DNA from: Sandaracinaceae bacterium | GTDB taxonomy: Bacteria > Myxococcota_A > Polyangia > Polyangiales > Sandaracinaceae | Direction: 5' to 3' | Length of the DNA: 46,748 bases | Assembly: GCA_044220955.1 (NCBI GenBank) | Contig: JBGAQA010000050.1 | Location: 1 to 46,748, forward strand | Shown: positions 42,367 to 46,748 of the stretch, piece by piece | Layout of the letters: every line of letters begins with the position of its first letter | Position numbering within the stretch: the first letter of the stretch is position 1 | Program-made: the position numbers and the translations under genes | The notes under the pieces: generated by a model | Told to the model about the DNA's origin: nothing | Databases searched by the model: none | The model's input: only the letters and a program-made list of their open reading frames with translations

Positions 42367-43067
42367 AGCCCGTGGCAGACCGCGCGCGCATCGTGCTGGT
42401 CCGGCACGGTCAGGCATCGGCCCTGGGCGACTACGATCGGCTCTCGGACCTCGGTCGTGAGCAGTCCCGCCTGCTCGGAGCGCACTTCGAGCGCTTCGGC
42501 CTCGCGCCCGATCGCGTGCTGGTCGGTCCGCGACGGCGACACGCCGAGACGCACGCCGAGGTCCGCGCGCCGTCGTGGAGCGAGCCGGAGGAGGTCCCCG
42601 AGCTCGACGAGCACCATGCGGTGCAGCTCCTCGTGGCGCTCGGGCCGGCGCTCGCTGCGCGAGACGACGAGCTCGGCCGCGTGGCCCGCGAGGCCTTCGG
42701 CGGCGATCACGGCTCGATGCGGAAGGCGATGACCCGCGTCTTCGCGGCGATCATCCCGGCGTGGGCGCGCGGCGAGGTCACCCACCCGGACGTCGAGCCC
42801 TTCGAGGCGTTTCGCGCGCGCGTCCGGCGCTTCGTCGATCGCATGCGGCAGAGCGAGGGCACCAGCGTCGCCTTCACGTCGGGCGGGGCCATCTCGGCGA
42901 TCGTCGCGGAGGCGCACGGGCTCTCGGTGGAGCAGCTGCTCGACGTGATGTGGCACGTGCGCAACGCGTCGATCACCGAGCTCGTGGTGCGCGACGGGCG
43001 CCTCTCGATCGCGAGCATGAACGCGACGCCGCACCTCGGAGAGCCGCGCCTCGTCACCGGCGTGTGA
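42363..43067 (+). CDS. Histidine phosphatase family protein
   Basis: RHGQ motif, 'YDRLSDLG..Q', 'FTSGG', 'N.TPHL'. Confidence 0.9.
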   Translation: MKPVADRARIVLVRHGQASALGDYDRLSDLGREQSRLLGAHFERFGLAPDRVLVGPRRRHAETHAEVRAPSWSEPEEVPELDEHHAVQLLVALGPALAARDDELGRVAREAFGGDHGSMRKAMTRVFAAIIPAWARGEVTHPDVEPFEAFRARVRRFVDRMRQSEGTSVAFTSGGAISAIVAEAHGLSVEQLLDVMWHVRNASITELVVRDGRLSIASMNATPHLGEPRLVTGV

Positions 43068-43079
43068 GCGGCGCGCCCG

Positions 43080-44099
43080 TCACGGCCGGCGGTCGTGGGG
43101 ATCTCTCGCGAGCGCCTCGGCGACCTCGAGCGCGGCGTACGTCAGCACGGCGTCGGCCCCGGCACGCTTGAAGCCGACGAGCGACTCCACGATCACGCGC
43201 GGCCAGTCGAGCCACCCGCGCTCGGCGCTCGCGCGCAGCATCGAGTACTCGCCGGACACCTGGTACACGAGGGTCGGCAGGCCGAACGCCTCCTTCACGC
43301 GCCACACCAGATCGAGGTAGGGCATCCCCGGCTTGATCATCACCATGTCGGCGCCCTCGGCGACGTCGAGCGCGACCTCCCGAAGCGCCTCGTCGCCGTT
43401 GGCGGGATCCATCTGGTAGGTGCGCTTGTCCCCCTGCCCGAGCGCGGTCTTGCTGCCGACGGCCTCGCGGAAGGGACCGTAGAACGCCGAGGCGTACTTC
43501 GCCGCGTACGAGAGGATGCGGACGCGCTCGTGGCCGGCCGCGTCGAGGGCTGCCCGCACCGCGCCGACCCGTCCGTCCATCATGTCGGAGGGCGCGATGA
43601 CGTCGCAGCCGGCCTTCGCCTGCACGACCGCCTGGCGGCAGAGGACGGCCACGGTCTCGTCGTTGACGACGTACCCGCCACGCACGAGCCCGTCCTGGCC
43701 GTGCGAGGTGAAGGGGTCGAGCGCGACGTCGCAGATCACGCCCAGGCCGGGGCAGGCCTTCTTCACCTCGCGCACGGCACGGCAGACGAGGTTGTCATCG
43801 TCCGTGGCGAGCTCGCCGTCGGGCGTCTTGAGCGAAGGATCGATCACCGGGAACACGGCGACGGCCGGGATGCCCGCGGCCTCGGCGGCGCGCGCGTGCT
43901 CGACGAGGTGGGCGAGCGAGAGGCGGCTCACCCCGGGCATCGAGGCGATCGCCTCGTCGGCCGCGCCCTCCTTCACGAAGAGAGGCCAGATCAAGTCGGA
44001 GGGCGTGAGCACGTGCTCGCGCGAGAGCCGGCGGCTCCACCCATCGCGCCGCATCCGGCGCATCCGGGTCGTCGGAAACGAACCGAGCCAGCTCTTCAT
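43080..44099 (-). CDS. hemB: Porphobilinogen synthase (Asp-rich, non-Zn type)
   Basis: DVALDPFTSHGQDG, APSDMMDGRV, YASAFYGPFR, MIKPG, YQVSGEY. Confidence 0.98.
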   Translation of the reverse strand: MKSWLGSFPTTRMRRMRRDGWSRRLSREHVLTPSDLIWPLFVKEGAADEAIASMPGVSRLSLAHLVEHARAAEAAGIPAVAVFPVIDPSLKTPDGELATDDDNLVCRAVREVKKACPGLGVICDVALDPFTSHGQDGLVRGGYVVNDETVAVLCRQAVVQAKAGCDVIAPSDMMDGRVGAVRAALDAAGHERVRILSYAAKYASAFYGPFREAVGSKTALGQGDKRTYQMDPANGDEALREVALDVAEGADMVMIKPGMPYLDLVWRVKEAFGLPTLVYQVSGEYSMLRASAERGWLDWPRVIVESLVGFKRAGADAVLTYAALEVAEALARDPHDRRP

Positions 44100-44803
44100 C
44101 GCGAGCCTCCGTCTTCGGGAAGGGGATCGAAGGGAAGGGTGCCGAATTCGTCGAGCAGCACGCGGACCACGTCGCGCTGCATCTCGATCCGGCGCGGCTC
44201 CGGGAAGCCCATCCAGGTCTCGACGCAGATCCCGACGCAGCCGGTCGCCTCGACGATCACCTCGGTCGACGACGTGGCGACCGGGTAGTAGTGAGCCGCC
44301 CAGCGCTCGTCGTCGGAGCGGCGGAGCGCGTTCATGCGCTCGACGGCGCGCGCGACGACGGGGGGCATCGGCTCGACGCCGTAGACGAGCGTCTGGCCGA
44401 ACGAGGGCACGACGGCGGGATCGAAGCGCTTGGTCGACTCGTGCAGCGTGCAGACGAGCGCGGGACGCTCGTCGAGCACGAGATCCATGAACGTCCGGGC
44501 CAGGCGCCGCTCACGCTCGGGGGCGCGCGCGTCGCCCGGGAAGCAGCGGTTGAGATCGAGCCCGCCCGGGGCCGCTCGCTGGCGCGCACGATACGCGGGC
44601 GCGTTCATCACGGGTACGACGAGGAGGCGCCCGCGCGCGGGCACGAGGCCCTCCTCGAGAAGCTCCGAGAGCGCATGGACGCCCGCGACCTCGTCCCCGT
44701 GGATGCCGGCCTGCATCAGCACGGTGGGGCCGGGCTCGCCGGCCTCGAGCACGTGGAGCGCGACGGTCGGCGTGAGCCAGTGGGTGCCCGCGGAGCGCGT
44801 CAT
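44096..44803 (-). CDS. Succinylglutamate desuccinylase/aspartoacylase (M14-like) family protein
   Basis: AGIHGDE, DLNRCFPG, TLHES, terminal 'VET'. Start may be 44854. Confidence 0.85.
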   Translation of the reverse strand: MTRSAGTHWLTPTVALHVLEAGEPGPTVLMQAGIHGDEVAGVHALSELLEEGLVPARGRLLVVPVMNAPAYRARQRAAPGGLDLNRCFPGDARAPERERRLARTFMDLVLDERPALVCTLHESTKRFDPAVVPSFGQTLVYGVEPMPPVVARAVERMNALRRSDDERWAAHYYPVATSSTEVIVEATGCVGICVETWMGFPEPRRIEMQRDVVRVLLDEFGTLPFDPLPEDGGSR

Positions 44804-44862
44804 CGGCGGCGATGGTAGCCGTGTCGGCTTGCGCGCGCCCGTCCTCGTCGTCATGCCGGGGG

Positions 44863-45336
44863 ATGGCCGCCCCGCCCTCCAAGATCTCGCTCGCGACGCT
44901 CGCCGGCGGCGTCGAGGTGGGGAGCGCGCCGTCGATCGACGCAGCGCGCGAGGCGATGGGTGGGCGCGTCTGTACCGAGCGCGGCGCGGGCGCGGCCGTG
45001 ATCGTGGCGATGAAGCGCGGGGCCGACGCGCGCGGCGTCGTCGTGTGCGTGTCCGGCCCCTCCCGCGACGTGTGGATCGGCGAGGGCCGCTTCGTCCGTA
45101 CGACCGTCGACCGGCTCGCGGCGCTGGCGGAACCGGGTCCGGAGCTCGACGCGGTCGCCGACGATGCACGCCGCTTCGCCGCGCTGCGCGAGGGCCAGCC
45201 GGTGCGGGCACTGCGGCGCGACGGCACGGGTCTGGCCGGGGTGCTGCTCGAGAAGTGCCGCTACGGCGCCCTGGTCGGTCAGGGCAGCGTGGTGATCGCG
45301 GTCAGCTTCCGGAAGGTGATCGCGGCGCCTTCGTAG
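44863..45336 (+). CDS. Hypothetical protein with possible tandem SH3-like domains
   Basis: High GC3 ORF. 'GQPVRAL...AGVLLEKCRYGALV' resembles an SH3-like barrel. Confidence 0.6.
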   Translation: MAAPPSKISLATLAGGVEVGSAPSIDAAREAMGGRVCTERGAGAAVIVAMKRGADARGVVVCVSGPSRDVWIGEGRFVRTTVDRLAALAEPGPELDAVADDARRFAALREGQPVRALRRDGTGLAGVLLEKCRYGALVGQGSVVIAVSFRKVIAAPS

Positions 45337-45432
45337 CGAGGGCGAGAGCGAGAGCGAGAGCGAGAGCGAGAGCGAGAGCGAGGTCGAGGTCGAGGTCGAG
45401 AGCGAGGTCGAGGGCGAGGGTGAGGGCGAGGA
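45337..45432. repeat. Hexamer tandem array (CGAGAG/CGAGGT/CGAGGG), 16 units
   Basis: Directly read. Begins immediately after the TAG at 45336. Confidence 0.95.
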
Positions 45433-45455
45433 TCCGAGCTCCGAGGTCGCATCGG

Positions 45456-45688
45456 GGTGTGCGCTCTGCTCGGGGATCCTCATCTTGCCCGCGGGCTTGT
45501 CGCGTTCAACCCCGGCACTTCGTGCCGCCGGTGCTCGCTTCCTCCGCGACCGCATTCGCGGTCGCTCCGTGCAGCTCCGCTCCGGGAGGTTCTGCATTTG
45601 CAGAACCTCGGGTTGAGCGCGCCTGCGACCCGCGGGGGGTGGGGCTGCGCCCCGAGCAGGTCGGGGCACCAGCACGGAGAAGAAGCTC
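45456..45688 (+). ncRNA. Candidate structured leader element, copy 1
   Basis: Nested stems 45466-74/45651-59 and 45501-12/45610-21, with internal hairpins. Architecture is shared with copy 2. Confidence 0.55.
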
Positions 45689-46003
45689 ATGCTCGACATC
45701 TACATCGTCTCGATTCAGCTCTGCCGCGACGTGCGCGTGATCGGTGAACGCGTTGGCCGGCACGACCGGAACTTGCTCGACCAGCTACGGAGGGCCGCCA
45801 GCAGCGTGCCGCTCAACCTGGCGGAGAGCGACGGCGTCCAGGGCGGGAACCGTCGGCAGCGGCGCCTGACCGCGCTCGGCTCGGCGCGCGAGGTCGGCGC
45901 CTGTCTCGACGTGGCCGAGGCGCTCGGGTACGGGAGCGTGGACGTCGGCGTGAGGCACCGGCTCGACCACGTCATCGGTGTGCTCGTGAAGCTGACGCGG
46001 TAG
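45689..46003 (+). CDS. Four helix bundle protein (23S rRNA IVP/bAvd-like)
   Basis: 'L.DQLRRAASSVPLNLAE', 'ALGSARE...CLDVA.ALGY'. GGAGA RBS. 104 aa. Confidence 0.92.
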   Translation: MLDIYIVSIQLCRDVRVIGERVGRHDRNLLDQLRRAASSVPLNLAESDGVQGGNRRQRRLTALGSAREVGACLDVAEALGYGSVDVGVRHRLDHVIGVLVKLTR

Positions 46004-46010
46004 GAGAGCC

Positions 46011-46043
46011 ACGAGGCCCGCGGTTCATCGCCGCGGGCCTCGT
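46011..46043. terminator. 13-bp hairpin between the convergent four-helix-bundle genes
   Basis: ACGAGGCCCGCGG-TTCATCG-CCGCGGGCCTCGT. No U-tract. Confidence 0.6.
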
Positions 46044-46048
46044 CCAGC

Positions 46049-46363
46049 TCAGTGCAGCCGGTTCAGCGTCCGCGCGATGCGGTCGAGCGTGTCGATCATC
46101 CGCGCGTCCGCCGTGATGTGCCCGAGCGCATCCGCGGTCTCGATGCAGGCGCGGACCTCGTTGGCGCTGCCCATCGCCGTCTGGAACCTCATCCGCGCGT
46201 TTCCGTTCTTGCGCCCCTCGCCCTCGGCGATGTTGAGCGTGATGCTGGTGAGCGCTCGCCGCGTCTGCCGAGCCAGGTCGGCGTCCTGCTTGGCAATCGC
46301 ATCGAGCGTGGTCCGCATCTCGCGAATCATCTGGAGCGAGTCGGTGTAGATCTTCAGTGCCAC
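46049..46363 (-). CDS. Four helix bundle protein (23S rRNA IVP/bAvd-like)
   Basis: 'LARQTRRALTSITLNIAEG', 'RF.TAMGSANE...C'. GTG at 46363 gives 104 aa, colinear with the other copy. Confidence 0.92.
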   Translation of the reverse strand: MALKIYTDSLQMIREMRTTLDAIAKQDADLARQTRRALTSITLNIAEGEGRKNGNARMRFQTAMGSANEVRACIETADALGHITADARMIDTLDRIARTLNRLH

Positions 46364-46670
46364 GTTGTCCGTTCCGTTCTGCCCGTTCGGGGGCACCACC
46401 CCACCGCCGTCGCGCGGAGCGGCAGTCCACCCTCGCCTCGACACGGCCTATAGCCAACTGGCTATAGGCCTGGTCGAGAGCGACCGCCCGGAGCAGCGCG
46501 GAGCCGCGCGCAGCCGCTGTTTGGCGAGCACGGCGAGCACTGCGAGGACGGCGAGCCCGAAGGGCTCGGGGTGGAGTGCCGCGAGCACGACGGCACACTG
46601 CCCATCCCCCGAACGAGCCCCGTGCTCCTGACGTCATCCAAGGCGAATCCCCGAAGGGGAGAGCCGTGGT
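46364..46670 (-). ncRNA. Candidate structured leader element, copy 2
   Basis: Nested stems 46381-93/46606-18 and 46426-32/46569-75, palindrome 46445-70, and a cUUCGg hairpin 46648-60. Confidence 0.55.
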
Positions 46671-46675
46671 CAGAG

Positions 46676-46748
46676 CGAGGTCGAGGTCGAGGTCGAGGTC
46701 GAGGTCGAGGTCGAGGTCGAGGTCGAGGTCGAGGTCGAGGTCGAGGTC
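46676..46748. repeat. (CGAGGT)12+ tandem array running off the window end
   Basis: Directly read, perfect units. Confidence 0.97.

Noticed and set aside
44851..45699. 282-aa minus-strand ORF with SP/ST/SL dipeptide repeats
   Set aside because: It is just the translation of the hexamer array and the antisense of the 44863-45336 gene.
46364..46444. 27-aa N-terminal extension of the minus four-helix-bundle ORF
   Set aside because: Alignment with the paralog places the start at GTG 46363, and the extension lies in the structured leader.
45430..46670. 23S rRNA with intervening sequence, tRNA, or known ribozyme/riboswitch
   Set aside because: No rRNA or tRNA sequence is recognisable and I could not match a known catalytic core or aptamer by eye.
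45337..46748. CRISPR array or complete DGR/retron
   Set aside because: The repeats are spacer-less hexamers. No cas or reverse transcriptase gene and no TR/VR pair are visible in the window.

Overview
High-GC bacterial chromosomal segment, very probably from a myxobacterium (Myxococcota, Polyangia/Sandaracinus-like). This is inferred from the gene repertoire: Hanks-type Ser/Thr kinases, an FHA-sigma54 activator and many Cys-rich lipoproteins. About 41 intact-looking CDS plus a degraded patch at about 25.3-26.9 kb. Housekeeping or well-known genes include proS, boxB, hemB, a YbhGFSR-like ABC exporter with TolC next to a divergent sensor kinase/sigma54 regulator pair, a sulfotransferase, a HAD hydrolase and a TIGR01777-type oxidoreductase. 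A secreted-protein cluster at 18.4-25.2 kb includes a large protein with a Zn phospholipase C/P1-nuclease-like motif set. The most unusual part is the last 1.4 kb (45337-46748). Two convergent, about 40% identical, 104-aa four-helix-bundle (23S rRNA IVP/bAvd-like) genes each carry a 230-300 nt 5' element. The two elements share stem architecture, a compensatory base change (TCAACCC/GGGTTGA vs TCCACCC/GGGTGGA), conserved motifs and a perfect palindrome about 80 bp upstream of the start. The whole cassette is bracketed by CGAGNN hexamer arrays. It is a candidate structured-RNA/DNA plus small-protein element. All calls were made by eye from the sequence and ORF track; no database search or folding program was run.
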